Of a stretch of 64,000 bases of DNA, positions 1 to 10,556 are shown piece after piece. The stretch covers positions 1,070,726-1,134,725 of the forward strand of contig OZ223197.1 in NCBI GenBank assembly GCA_965140345.1, given 5' to 3'. The position numbers and the translations under genes were made by a program. The stretch comes from Candidatus Kapaibacterium sp. (lineage in GTDB: Bacteria > Bacteroidota > Ignavibacteria > Kapaibacteriales > UBA2268). The notes under the pieces are model-generated. The model saw nothing but the letters and a program-made list of their open reading frames with translations, did no database searches and was not told the origin of the DNA. Within the stretch, counting starts at the first letter, position 1. Each line of letters begins with the position of its first letter.

Positions 1-2
1 CG

Positions 3-728
3 GCAAATCCTCAAGATGGGTTTCAGGATGTAGATGTATCAATAGATTCAATAAATTATAAATTTACTGACGGCAAGGTAACTAAAGTATTCAATACTAT
101 GGATATGACACCTTCCCCGCTTAGCTTTCAAGATTACTTGATGATTGGCCCTACTATCAGCCAGAAATATAAGTTGACTTATTCGCCTTACGGGGAAGTA
201 TCAAAAATAACCGGTAGGAGTTTGCAAGATGCAATAAAAATGCTCGACCATGATGTATTTGGTGTTAAAGATCCTGTGAAAAAACAAATTTGGCAAAACG
301 CCTATTCTTTTGCACATCTAATATTTCTTTCTGATGTAACAAAAAATTATTTTCCGCAGGGAAAGATTACAAGAGATTCTGTTTGGAAGAAGCTAGTCTC
401 ATTAGATTTAAATAGAGTTTATTTTCAGGATACAGTTAAAGCCACTATTGATGATATTAAGCCATCTAGATATATTTTAAAAGGTAGTATGGATTCACTT
501 AAAGCAATTTCAAATACAGCTATGCTTTATGATATTAAAGAACCAGTCCAAATAAAGGATGCTAAAGGTAATGGTATATTAGACATTGACTTTACTCCTG
601 CTGGTGTTATTGAATTTGTTAACGGTGATTTTATTACTAATGTAGAGTATGACTATAAAGGTAAGAAAATACGAGAAATAGCAGAAACAAAGTTAAAATG
701 GGAACTTCTCAATAGGCTTACTTATTAA
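3..728 (+). CDS. hypothetical protein, 5'-truncated at window edge (the frame of the 99..728 ORF stays open back to position 3)
   Basis: No stop codon between position 3 and the Met at 99 in the same frame (..ANPQDGFQDVDVSIDSINYKF..). No recognisable domain. Confidence 0.45.
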   Translation, partial: ANPQDGFQDVDVSIDSINYKFTDGKVTKVFNTMDMTPSPLSFQDYLMIGPTISQKYKLTYSPYGEVSKITGRSLQDAIKMLDHDVFGVKDPVKKQIWQNAYSFAHLIFLSDVTKNYFPQGKITRDSVWKKLVSLDLNRVYFQDTVKATIDDIKPSRYILKGSMDSLKAISNTAMLYDIKEPVQIKDAKGNGILDIDFTPAGVIEFVNGDFITNVEYDYKGKKIREIAETKLKWELLNRLTY

Positions 729-804
729 ACCTACAATCAAAAAATAATCTAATAAAAGGTATTCTAATATTCTAGAATACCTTTTTTTGATTTACCTAAA
801 ATAT

Positions 805-1266
805 CTAGTAATCATTCAATTTTGAAGGATAATCAATTCGTTTCCCATCCTCTGTTGAGTATTCTTCCAAAGAATTTTCCTTTGACTGGATACACATATA
901 AACCATATTTTCATCAGAAGTGTTTTTCAGTGATCTTACACCATTAGGAGCAACTCTTATTATACTACCTTCCTTAATAGGAAAGCAATTCTCATCTACT
1001 TGGTATAAGCCTGAGCCTTTTAGAATAATATAAGTTTCTTCATCTTTATAGTGAATGTGAAAATATCCCAGTTCTGAATGAGGCGGGATTGAATTAAAAG
1101 AAATTTCAGTTCCGGTAGCACCAGTCTGCTCTTTTAAAAACACTTTACCTTTAATCTCAGTTCCAAGTTTCGGATGAATCATAGAATAATTTTTTATATC
1201 ATCTATGTTCCCTATATTGACCGAAGTATAATTACGATCCGCTGATATTTTCTCTATTTTTTTCAT
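805..1266 (-). CDS. cupin-domain protein
   Basis: 153 aa. The motif YFHIHYKDEETYIILKGSGLY is typical of the cupin beta-barrel fold. Confidence 0.5.
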   Translation of the reverse strand: MKKIEKISADRNYTSVNIGNIDDIKNYSMIHPKLGTEIKGKVFLKEQTGATGTEISFNSIPPHSELGYFHIHYKDEETYIILKGSGLYQVDENCFPIKEGSIIRVAPNGVRSLKNTSDENMVYMCIQSKENSLEEYSTEDGKRIDYPSKLNDY

Positions 1267-1277
1267 ATATTTCTTCT

Positions 1278-1805
1278 CTATTTAGAGTTATACAATGCAA
1301 TTACTTTATTAAGATCTAACAAATTATCTAATTCATAGAAATATTTTAACTGCCAAAGCTGACTTTTCTCTGCATTTTTATTGCCTGGATTATCCCACGA
1401 AGGATACACTCTTAGAGCAAGTTTACCCAATTTATCGTTGGTTGAAATTATTCCTTTTTCAATCAATACAGATTTAGGAAAAACAAACTGCCCCATTTTA
1501 GATTCAGTTATTACATTTATAGCGATAAAGTCTATTATATCTGATTCGTTGATTGGTTCAATGTTATTATTTATTCTTTTCCAGCATGTTACAAATTGAC
1601 CAGTTTTTTTGGGAGTTATTTTGGAAGTTCTGGACATTACTTGATAACTATTAAGTTGGAATTTGCATGCTTCGTATTCATGACTTCCTGGTTCTTCTTT
1701 ATAATCAGATAAAACCCAACCACATTTATCATAAATCTCAGACTTGATTCTTCTCAAAGCATCGAACATCTTTTCCTCTAAGTAATAATTTATGTTGTTT
1801 AACAA
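1278..1805 (-). CDS. hypothetical protein, possibly MepB-like
   Basis: 175 aa. The segment EACKFQLNSYQVMSRTSKITPKKTGQFVTCW..RVYPSWDN resembles the MepB-like family from memory; not verified. Confidence 0.35.
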   Translation of the reverse strand: MLNNINYYLEEKMFDALRRIKSEIYDKCGWVLSDYKEEPGSHEYEACKFQLNSYQVMSRTSKITPKKTGQFVTCWKRINNNIEPINESDIIDFIAINVITESKMGQFVFPKSVLIEKGIISTNDKLGKLALRVYPSWDNPGNKNAEKSQLWQLKYFYELDNLLDLNKVIALYNSK

Positions 1806-1930
1806 CTAATATCTTAGAACAAAATTGTAAATGTATTTTATTTTACGAGATACAAAAGAAAAAGTTAGTTCAGTTTTATTTGAAGCTAAAAAGAATGTAC
1901 TTGAAACTTATTAAATCAGGGAAGCTAAAT

Positions 1931-1976
1931 ATGAAAAAAAACAGGCTACCTAATATTTGAATTAGATAGCCCGTTT
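1931..1976 (-). terminator. rho-independent terminator downstream of the mmd/oad decarboxylase operon
   Basis: Read on the minus strand: hairpin gggctatctaat..attaggtagcc followed by a U-run (A-run 1933-1940 on the plus strand). Confidence 0.5.
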
Positions 1977-2010
1977 AGAGTTGTGATTTATATCAAACTA
2001 AATATCGATA

Positions 2011-3153
2011 TTATGCTCCTAGCAAGAAGCTAAGCAAGATACCTGCAGCTACTGCAGAACCGATTACACCGGCTACGTTTGGAGCCATTGCATGCATCAA
2101 TAAGTAGTTAGAAGAATCTTCTTCCTGTCCCATAGAATGAACTACACGTGCACTATCAGGCACAGCAGATACACCTGCAGCACCAATCATTGGGTTCAGC
2201 TTGTTTCCATCTTTCAAGAATAAATTCATAATTTTTGCAAAGATAAGACCACCAGCTGTTGCAATCATAAATGATACCGCACCTAGTACGAAGATCAAAA
2301 TAGATTGAGGAGTCAAGAAAGTAGTTGCTTGAGTTGAAGCACCCACAGTCACACCCAGCAAGATCGTTACTGTATCAATCAATGGTTTGCTGGCAGTATC
2401 AGCCAAACGTTTAGTTACACCTGATTCTTTAAGCAAGTTACCGAAGAACAACATACCTAGTAGCGGTAAAGCACCAGGAGAGATAAATGTTGTTAAAACC
2501 ATACCAAAGATTGGGAAGATAATTTTTTCAACTTTAGAAACCGCGCGAGGAGGTTTCATTTTGATTTTTCTTTCTTCTTTAGAGCAAAGAAGTTTAATAA
2601 TTGGCGGTTGGATAACCGGTACAAGAGCCATATAAGAATATGCAGCAATTGCAATAGAACCAATTAAGTGTGGTGCAAGTTTAGAAGAAATAAAGATTGC
2701 TGTAGGACCATCAGCACCACCGATAATACCGATTGCTGCTGCTTCATCTACAGAAAATCCTAAAACTAATGCAGCCAAGAAAGTAAGGAAAATACCAACC
2801 TGAGCTGCTGCACCCAGTAACATTAGTTTAGGATTGGAGAGCAAGGCAGAAAAATCTGTCATCGCCCCTATTCCTAAGAATATTAAAGGAGGATAAATAC
2901 CTTTGGTAACCCCCATATAAAGGTAGTTAAGAACACTACCACTTTCATATATACCTAATTGTAAGCCTATATTTTCTACAAAAGGAATATTACCGATTAA
3001 TATACCAAACCCGATAGGAACAAGAAGTAATGGTTCATAGTCTTTTACAATAGCTAATGTAATAAAGATTAGCCCGACTACAATCATTACAACGTGTCCA
3101 AGAGTCATGTTATAAAAACCGGAAAACTCCCAGAATTGCATTAAACCTTCCAT
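2011..3153 (-). CDS. oadB: Na+-translocating decarboxylase beta subunit (OadB/MmdB family)
   Basis: 380 aa polytopic membrane protein with the characteristic OadB-like sequence. It sits in an operon with a biotin carrier, an OadG-like gene and a carboxyltransferase. Confidence 0.88.
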   Translation of the reverse strand: MEGLMQFWEFSGFYNMTLGHVVMIVVGLIFITLAIVKDYEPLLLVPIGFGILIGNIPFVENIGLQLGIYESGSVLNYLYMGVTKGIYPPLIFLGIGAMTDFSALLSNPKLMLLGAAAQVGIFLTFLAALVLGFSVDEAAAIGIIGGADGPTAIFISSKLAPHLIGSIAIAAYSYMALVPVIQPPIIKLLCSKEERKIKMKPPRAVSKVEKIIFPIFGMVLTTFISPGALPLLGMLFFGNLLKESGVTKRLADTASKPLIDTVTILLGVTVGASTQATTFLTPQSILIFVLGAVSFMIATAGGLIFAKIMNLFLKDGNKLNPMIGAAGVSAVPDSARVVHSMGQEEDSSNYLLMHAMAPNVAGVIGSAVAAGILLSFLLGA

Positions 3154-3159
3154 GTTAAA

Positions 3160-3594
3160 TTAGCCCCCGATTTCCATTAGAACATCACCTTCAAGAACTG
3201 ACTGCTCTATACTTACTTTAATAGAAGTTACTTTACCTGCTCTGTCAGCTTTGATTTCATTTTCCATTTTCATGGCTTCCATAATCATTACAGTTTGTCC
3301 AGCTTCAACAGTATCGCCTTCTTTAACTTTAAGAGCCATAATTAGACCCGGTAATGGAGCTTTAAGCTGTCCTGTACCTTTTGCACCGCTAGGATTGCTT
3401 GTTCTTGCAGTAGAGCTGTTGTTAGGAGTAGCTTGAGATCTAACCAATTTAGGAGTTTTTGAAACTTTTTTCTCTCTGTGAATAGTTACTTCATAAGTAG
3501 TACCATTTACCTCGAGAGTAGCAATATCATCTTCGATATTTTGAATTTCAACATCGTAGTTATTACCACGGATTGTAAATTTATACTGCTTCAT
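3160..3594 (-). CDS. biotin carboxyl carrier subunit of the decarboxylase (MmdC/BCCP-like)
   Basis: C-terminal biotinyl domain with the EAMKM motif (IMEAMKMENEIKA). Confidence 0.8.
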   Translation of the reverse strand: MKQYKFTIRGNNYDVEIQNIEDDIATLEVNGTTYEVTIHREKKVSKTPKLVRSQATPNNSSTARTSNPSGAKGTGQLKAPLPGLIMALKVKEGDTVEAGQTVMIMEAMKMENEIKADRAGKVTSIKVSIEQSVLEGDVLMEIGG

Positions 3595-3607
3595 CTTATG
3601 TTCCTGA

Positions 3608-4042
3608 TTAATTTTGACGAGGATTTCTAGTCATTGAATAAATTTTAGAACTCCATGGGGAGTAACGTTTTTTCACTTTTTCGATAGTCAATACAGTGCT
3701 TTCGAAATCGTGTGCTTCATCAAAATGCATGTGCAATGCTAAAGCGATAGCAGCATTTACATCACCTGTCATTTCAATGTCTTCTCTTTTTGCAGTTGGC
3801 TTACCTGTAGCTTCCATTTTTTTCTTCTGGTTGCTCATTAATACATTAGTTAATAATGTAATACTAGCAAACAGCACTATCAAAGCTACAAACACTACAA
3901 GGTAACCAACAAATGTAACTGACATTGCCTGGTCAGTTGTAGCAGCATCAAGATTAAAACTTACTTCACCCATCTCAGAAGCTTGTGAAGCACCTGCAAT
4001 AAGAAATTTTATAATACTGTTCTGAACTAATGATTCAAACAT
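3608..4042 (-). CDS. OadG/MmdD-like small membrane subunit of the Na+ pump decarboxylase
   Basis: 144 aa with a single TM helix (VGYLVVFVALIVLFASITLL), positioned between the carboxyltransferase and the BCCP gene. Confidence 0.55.
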   Translation of the reverse strand: MFESLVQNSIIKFLIAGASQASEMGEVSFNLDAATTDQAMSVTFVGYLVVFVALIVLFASITLLTNVLMSNQKKKMEATGKPTAKREDIEMTGDVNAAIALALHMHFDEAHDFESTVLTIEKVKKRYSPWSSKIYSMTRNPRQN

Positions 4043-4060
4043 TTTTTATCCCAATTTTTA

Positions 4061-5620
4061 TTATAACGGTAAGTTTGAATGTTTACGAGGTAAATTAAGA
4101 TCCTTTTTAGTTGCAAGCATTTGCATAGCTCTGATAATACGGAAACGAGTGTTTCTTGGTTCGATAACATCATCGATATAACCATATTTTGCAGCAACAT
4201 AAGGATTAGCAAACTTCTGTTTGTACTCTTCTTCTTTTTTCATGATTAATTTCACTTTTTCAGTTTCATCGTTAATTGCGCTTAATTCACGAGAAAGAAG
4301 TACTTCAATAGCTCCTTTAGGCCCCATAACAGCGATTTCTGAATTTGGCCATGCATAGTTGATGTCACCACGAAGGTGTTTAGAGCTCATCACATCATAA
4401 GCACCACCATAAGCTTTACGCAAGATACAAGTGATTTTTGGTACTGTAGCTTCGCCATAAGCAAATAGAAGTTTTGCACCATGAAGGATAATTCCACCAT
4501 ATTCCTGAGCAGTACCAGGTAAGAAACCGGGAACGTCTACTAAAGTAACGATAGGGATATTAAATGCATCACAGAAACGTACAAAACGAGCAGCTTTTCT
4601 TGAAGCATTAATATCTAGCACACCGGCCAAATAGTTAGGCTGATTAGCTACGATACCTGCAGCCATACCATTAAATCTAGCAAAACCAATAACAATATTT
4701 TGTGCATAGTGTCTATGAACTTCTAAGAATTCACCATTATCTGCGATAGAATGGATAATATCTTTTACGTTGTAAGGTTTGTTAGGATTTTCAGGTACGA
4801 TTTCATTCAATTCGTCATCCAATCTATCAATCGGATCATCACAAACTACAGCAGGTGGTTCTTCTAAGTTATTAGAAGGTAAGTAAGACAATAATTTTCT
4901 TACTAACAATAAACCTTCATCTTCGTTTTCTGCTACGAAGTGAGTAACACCTGATTTAGTTGCGTGAACCATAGCACCACCAAGTTCATCAGAAGTAACT
5001 GTTTCATTTGTAACAGTTTTTACTACTTTTGGACCAGTCACAAACATATAAGATGTGTCTTTTGTCATGATGATAAAGTCAGTTAATGCAGGAGAGTAAA
5101 CAGCACCACCGGCACATGGACCAAAAATTGCAGAAATTTGAGGTACAACACCTGATGCATTAATGTTTCTTTGGAAAATATCAGCATAACCGCCCAGAGA
5201 TTTTACACCTTCCTGGATACGAGCACCACCACTATCGTTAATACCGATAATTGGAGCACCAACTTTTAAAGCTTGATCCATAACTTTACAGATTTTTTGT
5301 GCGAACATTTCAGAAAGTGAACCACCAAAAACTGTAAAGTCCTGAGAAAATAAATACACTAAGCGACCGTCGATAGTACCGTAACCAGTAACTACACCGT
5401 CAGACAAATAACTTTCTTTGTCCAAACCGAAGTCTACTGTACGATGACTTACGAACATGTCAAATTCTTCGAAAGAACCTTCATCTAAAAGCATGTCAAT
5501 TCTTTCGCGAGCAGTATATTTGCCCTTTTTGTGTTGAGATTCAATTCTTTTAACCCCACCACCAAGACGCGCTTTCTCACGCATCTCCATCAATTCTTTA
5601 ATCTTATCTTGTATTGCCAT
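4061..5620 (-). CDS. mmdA: methylmalonyl-CoA decarboxylase alpha subunit / acyl-CoA carboxyltransferase (PccB family)
   Basis: 519 aa carboxyl transferase domain (..[13 protein letters not shown].., ..[15 protein letters not shown]..). First gene of the four-gene operon. Confidence 0.85.
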   Translation of the reverse strand: MAIQDKIKELMEMREKARLGGGVKRIESQHKKGKYTARERIDMLLDEGSFEEFDMFVSHRTVDFGLDKESYLSDGVVTGYGTIDGRLVYLFSQDFTVFGGSLSEMFAQKICKVMDQALKVGAPIIGINDSGGARIQEGVKSLGGYADIFQRNINASGVVPQISAIFGPCAGGAVYSPALTDFIIMTKDTSYMFVTGPKVVKTVTNETVTSDELGGAMVHATKSGVTHFVAENEDEGLLLVRKLLSYLPSNNLEEPPAVVCDDPIDRLDDELNEIVPENPNKPYNVKDIIHSIADNGEFLEVHRHYAQNIVIGFARFNGMAAGIVANQPNYLAGVLDINASRKAARFVRFCDAFNIPIVTLVDVPGFLPGTAQEYGGIILHGAKLLFAYGEATVPKITCILRKAYGGAYDVMSSKHLRGDINYAWPNSEIAVMGPKGAIEVLLSRELSAINDETEKVKLIMKKEEEYKQKFANPYVAAKYGYIDDVIEPRNTRFRIIRAMQMLATKKDLNLPRKHSNLPL

Positions 5621-5689
5621 TTCCTCTCCTCAAGAGAAATTGTATTTAAAAAGGAATATATTTCCTATCGATGTTTCTATGTTTGACTG

Positions 5690-5697
5690 CAAATTTA
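5690..5697 (-). promoter_or_regulatory. TAaaTTTG (-7-like) motif upstream of mmdA
   Basis: Plus-strand CAAATTTA; about 70 nt upstream of the mmdA start. Confidence 0.2.
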
Positions 5698-5962
5698 CCA
5701 ATCAAATGGAATAAATAATAACCCTATTGGTGATATTTTAACACTTTTTGTATATTTTTCGCCCTATTACCACGTTTTAATTTTTATGCAACTAGTAATT
5801 CAACTACACTTGAAGTGACATTAACCCGTTATACCCTTAAAGTTTATTGTTTTGTGTTGCCAAAGATTTACAATCTTCTTTCTTTACAATTTGGCTAATA
5901 ATACGCAAGAAATACAATTATTTTTATCTTAGTCATGTACATTTAATCTATATGGAATAAAT

Positions 5963-6445
5963 ATGACAAAATCACGTTTACACGATATACTTTTAATTAC
6001 AGGGGTTGTACTTGTTACCGGTATTATGGGTTTTATCGGCTATTTGCAGACAAAAGATCTGCAAAATAACACAACTCCACAACTTGTAGAAGATTTATTT
6101 GCGCCTTATGCAAAATGTTTAAATCAAGGTGACTATGAATCTGCTTATAAATCTTATTTATCAGAATCATATCAATCTAAATTTGACTTCGAAGAATATG
6201 TCAAGTCGCAGAAATTAAATAGAGAAAAATACGGAAAACTTGTTTCTCTTGAACCACTCTCAGGTATTTTTATTTCTGAAAAGTCTAAAGGTAAGTGGAT
6301 TTATAAAGGTACACTTGTTTATAAAGGCGAAACTTCAACTCAGAGAATTACAGCTGCGATTGAAATTGAAAATGGTAAGTATAAATTCTTCAGGACTTAC
6401 CCATCTACAGTTACAATGCGAGATAATGTTCCTTTGGTATACTAA
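5963..6445 (+). CDS. hypothetical membrane-anchored protein
   Basis: 160 aa with an N-terminal TM helix (ILLITGVVLVTGIMGFIGYL). Confidence 0.4.
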   Translation: MTKSRLHDILLITGVVLVTGIMGFIGYLQTKDLQNNTTPQLVEDLFAPYAKCLNQGDYESAYKSYLSESYQSKFDFEEYVKSQKLNREKYGKLVSLEPLSGIFISEKSKGKWIYKGTLVYKGETSTQRITAAIEIENGKYKFFRTYPSTVTMRDNVPLVY

Positions 6446-6502
6446 TAACGAAAAAGAGCTATCAAAATATTTTGAATAGCTCTTTTTTTAGATATTATAT
6501 TT

Positions 6503-7015
6503 TTAGTCTTCCCAACCACGTGGCCTATCATCATTGCCTCCTCTTCTTCCACCTCTATGCTTTTTCATAAGAAGTCTATGTACTTGCTTTTCGAAAGAGA
6601 ATTCAAACAAGATGAATTTTGCATATTGTTTAGTATCTAGCAATTTTTTTGCATCTTCCATAAATGTTTTTCTGATATTAAACATTTCCTTCATCTTAGA
6701 ATCAATTTTTTCAAGTGCTTCTTCTAAAGTTTTATCATCTGCATTCTGTTGAACTAATTTTTTCAAATTATTGTTCAAGTCATCTATTTCATCACGAACT
6801 TGAGCTAAATCTTTTTCCATTTTAGTAAATTTAAAAAGGAAAGCATTAGCAGTCTGCTCATTCATGTCTAAAGTTTCGAGCAATTTTATTTTCTTTAGCT
6901 GCATAAATCTTTCTTTTGAATTTAAAGCTACATCTTGTGCATATAAATTCAAGTCAGTAAATAAAACAAGCAGCAGTAAAACCGGGATTATTTTAAAAAT
7001 CAATTTCATTTTCAA
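6503..7015 (-). CDS. periplasmic coiled-coil protein (Spy/CpxP/LTXXQ-like) encoded after the ECF sigma/anti-sigma pair
   Basis: Signal peptide, helical and charged repeats, and an Arg/Gly-rich tail. Overlaps the upstream gene by 23 nt. Confidence 0.35.
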   Translation of the reverse strand: MKMKLIFKIIPVLLLLVLFTDLNLYAQDVALNSKERFMQLKKIKLLETLDMNEQTANAFLFKFTKMEKDLAQVRDEIDDLNNNLKKLVQQNADDKTLEEALEKIDSKMKEMFNIRKTFMEDAKKLLDTKQYAKFILFEFSFEKQVHRLLMKKHRGGRRGGNDDRPRGWED

Positions 7016-7688
7016 GGTCCTCTATTATAGATTGAAAATCATCTTCACTAAGCATAGATAAATCATCTTGAATTGATGTATAATTTCCAACAGAATTAAG
7101 TAATACATTAGTCTTTGTAGCTGCAATTGCTTCTTCAATACTCTCTTCTATATAATCAGATAGAGAGGCATATTCTGATTCCACAATTGTTTCATTACCT
7201 GTTACCGCTTCATATACACTTTCCATGTCACCATTATCAGAAATAGCAAGTAAATCAGCATATTTAACAAATTCTAAAGGCTTCTCTGCAGCAACTTCTA
7301 CTTTTGGTTCAACCGAAGTATGAGAATCTTTTAAAAACATGTCTTTACCTACATCTGTAAACATTAGAATCGCAACTAATGCTAAAGAAACTGAAGGAGC
7401 AATAAATTTTGCAAAAAAACTAGTACGTCTTTGCCTTTCTGTCATTTGTCCTCTGCGTCTCTGATTGACTTTAACAGATAAATTTCTAGTTCTGTCAGAA
7501 ACAACTTTTTTTACTTCTAATTTATCTAGTTTATCAAAAACAGCTGTTGCTTGATCAACTTCTTCGATTAAATCAGGAAATTCTTTATAATGAGATAAAA
7601 AGAACTCATGATCATCTGTATTCAAATCTCCGAAAACAAAATCCGGCAACATTTCCTGAAGTTTTTTATATAAATCTTGACTAGTCAT
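6993..7688 (-). CDS. putative anti-sigma factor (single-pass membrane protein)
   Basis: Its start codon abuts the ECF sigma stop codon. One central TM helix (FIAPSVSLALVAILMF). Confidence 0.4.
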   Translation of the reverse strand: MTSQDLYKKLQEMLPDFVFGDLNTDDHEFFLSHYKEFPDLIEEVDQATAVFDKLDKLEVKKVVSDRTRNLSVKVNQRRRGQMTERQRRTSFFAKFIAPSVSLALVAILMFTDVGKDMFLKDSHTSVEPKVEVAAEKPLEFVKYADLLAISDNGDMESVYEAVTGNETIVESEYASLSDYIEESIEEAIAATKTNVLLNSVGNYTSIQDDLSMLSEDDFQSIIEDLENEIDF

Positions 7689-8279
7689 TTATGCATCCTC
7701 CTTAGCGAAGATAACAGATAATTTTTTTACTGCCTGGTGATAGTTTGCTTTTAATCCTCCAATACTCGTGCCAAGTAAGTTTGAAATTTCTTCATAACTC
7801 ATTTCATCAAAATATCTAAGGGCAAATGTTTCTCTTTGTTTTTTAGGTAATTCTGAAAGAGCATCCAGAAACTGTTCTTCAAATTCTTTGATTTGAATAT
7901 CTCTATCGGGTAAATGTTTTTCTAGAGGAACATCTCGTGGATCTTTATCGTCAAATATTTTAAATATTGATCTGACTTTTTTCTTTCTCTGCTGATTAAG
8001 ACAAACATTTACAGTTATCCTATAGAGCCAGGTTTTTACTCCTGATTCTGCTTTGAACTTATGTAGATTATCAAGGGCTCTGATAAAAGCTTCCTGAGCG
8101 GCATCATCAGCATCATCATGGCTCTGTAAGTATCTATAGGCAGTGGAATATACAAAATTTTGATATTTTCTCACAAAAGCTGTAGCAGCCCGGTCACTGC
8201 TGTTTTCGCAGTAATCTTTTATTATATCCGCATCTGTATTGTATGTTAAAGCCAAATCTTGCATCACCTTTATCTCCAT
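7689..8279 (-). CDS. RNA polymerase ECF-type sigma-70 factor
   Basis: Sigma-70 region 2 (FIRALDNLHKF..WLYRITVN) and region 4 (EEISNLLGTSIGGLKANYHQAVKKL). Confidence 0.85.
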   Translation of the reverse strand: MEIKVMQDLALTYNTDADIIKDYCENSSDRAATAFVRKYQNFVYSTAYRYLQSHDDADDAAQEAFIRALDNLHKFKAESGVKTWLYRITVNVCLNQQRKKKVRSIFKIFDDKDPRDVPLEKHLPDRDIQIKEFEEQFLDALSELPKKQRETFALRYFDEMSYEEISNLLGTSIGGLKANYHQAVKKLSVIFAKEDA

Positions 8280-8351
8280 CGATTATCTACCTTTTAGATT
8301 GCATGAAATTCTAAAAGGTTTAATCCGAGGAGAAAAAACTTTTACTACACA

Positions 8352-8380
8352 TAAAAAACGTCCACCTAAAGATGGACGTT
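8352..8380 (-). terminator. rho-independent terminator of greA
   Basis: Hairpin acgtcca-cctaaaga-tggacgt with a U-run on the minus strand. Confidence 0.55.
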
Positions 8381-8391
8381 GGTAAAAGCAA

Positions 8392-8865
8392 TTATTTGCC
8401 GATTTTTATTACTTCGTATTGAGTTGTTCCAGCAGGGACAACAACTTCAGCTATGTCGCCAAGTTCTTTTCCCATTAATGATTTACCTAAAGGAGAAGTA
8501 ACCGCGATTTTATTTTGTTCGAAGTCCGCTTCTTCTGCACTGACAAGCTGATATTCAAATTCTTCTTCAGTGATAACATTTTTTAGAGTAACTCTAGTCA
8601 AGATATAAACTTTATCATCAGGAAATTCATCTGCTCTAATTACTTGAGATTTTGAAAGAATCTGAGATAGTTTAGCTATTCTCATTTCTAATAATCCTTG
8701 CTCATCTTTCGCAGCATCGTAATCAGCATTTTCAGATAAATCACCGTGAGAGCGAGCTTCTGCTATTTTTTGAGCAATTTCTCTTCTTCCTCTCCCTTTC
8801 AAGTCATTCAATTCTTCTTCTATTTCTCTTACTCTTTCTTTTGTCATGTAAATGATTTCAGACAT
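8392..8865 (-). CDS. greA: transcription elongation factor GreA
   Basis: 157 aa. Motif GDLSENADYDAAKDEQ plus a C-terminal FKBP-like domain. Confidence 0.9.
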   Translation of the reverse strand: MSEIIYMTKERVREIEEELNDLKGRGRREIAQKIAEARSHGDLSENADYDAAKDEQGLLEMRIAKLSQILSKSQVIRADEFPDDKVYILTRVTLKNVITEEEFEYQLVSAEEADFEQNKIAVTSPLGKSLMGKELGDIAEVVVPAGTTQYEVIKIGK

Positions 8866-8898
8866 AACATTTACCCCTTCAATATTTTTAATAGTTAT

Positions 8899-10098
8899 TT
8901 ACAAATTTGATAACAGATGCCCCATTTTTATCTTTTTTGTTTCCAAATAGTGATGATTACAAGAATTTGGTTCAATCTCCACAGGAACACGTTCTGTAAC
9001 GTTTAGACCGTAAGATTCCAAGCCTACTCTTTTTTTAGGATTATTTGTAATCAATCTCATCTTTTTCACACCTAGATTCATTAGTATCTGAGCACCAATA
9101 CCGTAATCTCTGGCATCTGCAGCAAAACCTAATTCAAGATTTGCTTCGACAGTGTCTCTGCCTTGTTCCTGAAGAGCATATGCTTTGACTTTATTGATCA
9201 AGCCAATACCTCTGCCCTCCTGTCTCATATATAATAAAACGCCTTTACCGTCTTTTTCGATCATTCTTAGTGCAGCATGAAGCTGAGAGCCACAATCGCA
9301 TCTAAGTGAACTAAAAACATCTCCGGTCAGGCATTCCGAGTGAACTCTAACCAGAACATTATCTTCTTCAGTCAAATCACCTTTCACTATAGCTACATGT
9401 TCTTTGCCATCAACTACATTTTCATATACTTTTATTTTGAAATGTCCATGATCAGTTGGCATGTCTGCTTCCGCAACACATTCAACCAAAGATTCTTTTT
9501 TTAGCCTATATGCAATTAAGTCTTTAACTGTTATAACTTTTAAGTCATGCTCTTTTGCAAATTCGATCAATTCAGGCATTCTTGCCATTTGACCATCTTC
9601 TCGAATAATTTCGCAAAGAACACCACTTGGCTTAAGCCCGGCAAGTCTCATTAGATCTACCGTAGCCTCAGTGTGTCCTGCTCTTCGAAGTACACCTTCT
9701 TTAACTGCTATTAGCGGAAAGATATGCCCGGGTCTTAATAAGTCTCCAGGTTTTGTATCTTTATTTGCAATAGCTCTTATTGTAGCAGCTCTGTCGTTTG
9801 CAGAAATGCCGGTAGTTGTGCCATGAGCATAATCTACAGAAACAGTGAACTTAGTTTCGTGCAGAGCAGAATTATCTCTTACCATTACATCAAGCTCCAG
9901 CTCTTTGGCTCTCTCAGGTGTAATTGAAACACAAATCAACCCTTTGCCCTTTGAAGACATGAAGTTAACTGTTTGCGGAGTTATAAGCTCAGACGCACAA
10001 ATCAAATCGCCTTCATTCTCTCTATCTTCATCGTCCATGACCACAATCATTTTTCCGGAGACTAAATCCTGCAAGGCTTCTTCTATTGTATTTATCAT
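8899..10098 (-). CDS. ribBA: bifunctional 3,4-dihydroxy-2-butanone-4-phosphate synthase / GTP cyclohydrolase II
   Basis: DHBP synthase motifs RENEGDL and GHTEATVDL; cyclohydrolase II motif [20 protein letters not shown]. Confidence 0.92.
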   Translation of the reverse strand: MINTIEEALQDLVSGKMIVVMDDEDRENEGDLICASELITPQTVNFMSSKGKGLICVSITPERAKELELDVMVRDNSALHETKFTVSVDYAHGTTTGISANDRAATIRAIANKDTKPGDLLRPGHIFPLIAVKEGVLRRAGHTEATVDLMRLAGLKPSGVLCEIIREDGQMARMPELIEFAKEHDLKVITVKDLIAYRLKKESLVECVAEADMPTDHGHFKIKVYENVVDGKEHVAIVKGDLTEEDNVLVRVHSECLTGDVFSSLRCDCGSQLHAALRMIEKDGKGVLLYMRQEGRGIGLINKVKAYALQEQGRDTVEANLELGFAADARDYGIGAQILMNLGVKKMRLITNNPKKRVGLESYGLNVTERVPVEIEPNSCNHHYLETKKIKMGHLLSNL

Positions 10099-10140
10099 TT
10101 CCGTACCCGGTTATATTATAACTACCCTATATAATAAACA

Positions 10141-10170
10141 AATCTTTCACCGTTTGTGCGGTGAAAGATT
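10141..10170 (-). terminator. hairpin (12-bp perfect stem) downstream of yajC; probable terminator
   Basis: aatctttcaccg-tttgtg-cggtgaaagatt, followed on the minus strand by the U-rich stretch tgtttatt. Confidence 0.4.
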
Positions 10171-10230
10171 TATAGTCATTTCTTTTGAACTACGCTATCA
10201 AGTTACAAAATTTTTCTTTAATAAAAAAAA

Positions 10231-10539
10231 TTATGACTTAGATGAGATAGCAACTTTTTCAAATTTTATTTTAACATTTTCAGCAACTTCTACTACTGCG
10301 GTTTTTTCATCAACTTCTACAACTTTACCATGCATACCTGATGAAGTTACTACTTTATCGCCTTTTTTAATACCATTAAGCATAGCCTGATGTTCTTTCT
10401 GACGTTTTTGTTGCGGGCGAATCATCATGAAGTACATGATAAGAATTACACCACCAAACATTACTAATGTGCCGACCATATTACCGCCGCCTTGTTCTCC
10501 ACCCTGAGGTGCCATAGCTAGTAGATTTAAGAAATCCAT
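10231..10539 (-). CDS. yajC: preprotein translocase subunit YajC
   Basis: 102 aa with a TM helix and the IRPQQKRQKEHQAML..GDKVVTSSGMHGKVVEV signature. Confidence 0.85.
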   Translation of the reverse strand: MDFLNLLAMAPQGGEQGGGNMVGTLVMFGGVILIMYFMMIRPQQKRQKEHQAMLNGIKKGDKVVTSSGMHGKVVEVDEKTAVVEVAENVKIKFEKVAISSKS

Positions 10540-10556
10540 TACAGTTCTCCTCTATA

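Noticed and set aside
6240-6479. 79-aa ORF overlapping the 3' end of the 5963..6445 gene in another frame
   Set aside because: It is a same-strand out-of-frame overlap with a Leu/Lys-rich low-complexity translation. It is likely spurious.
10099-10230. Possible FMN (RFN) riboswitch in the ribBA leader
   Set aside because: The minus-strand leader lacks the conserved RFN blocks (GGGCAGGGTGAAATTCCC, CCGACAGT). The 12-bp hairpin is better explained as the yajC terminator, followed by a short AT-rich promoter region.
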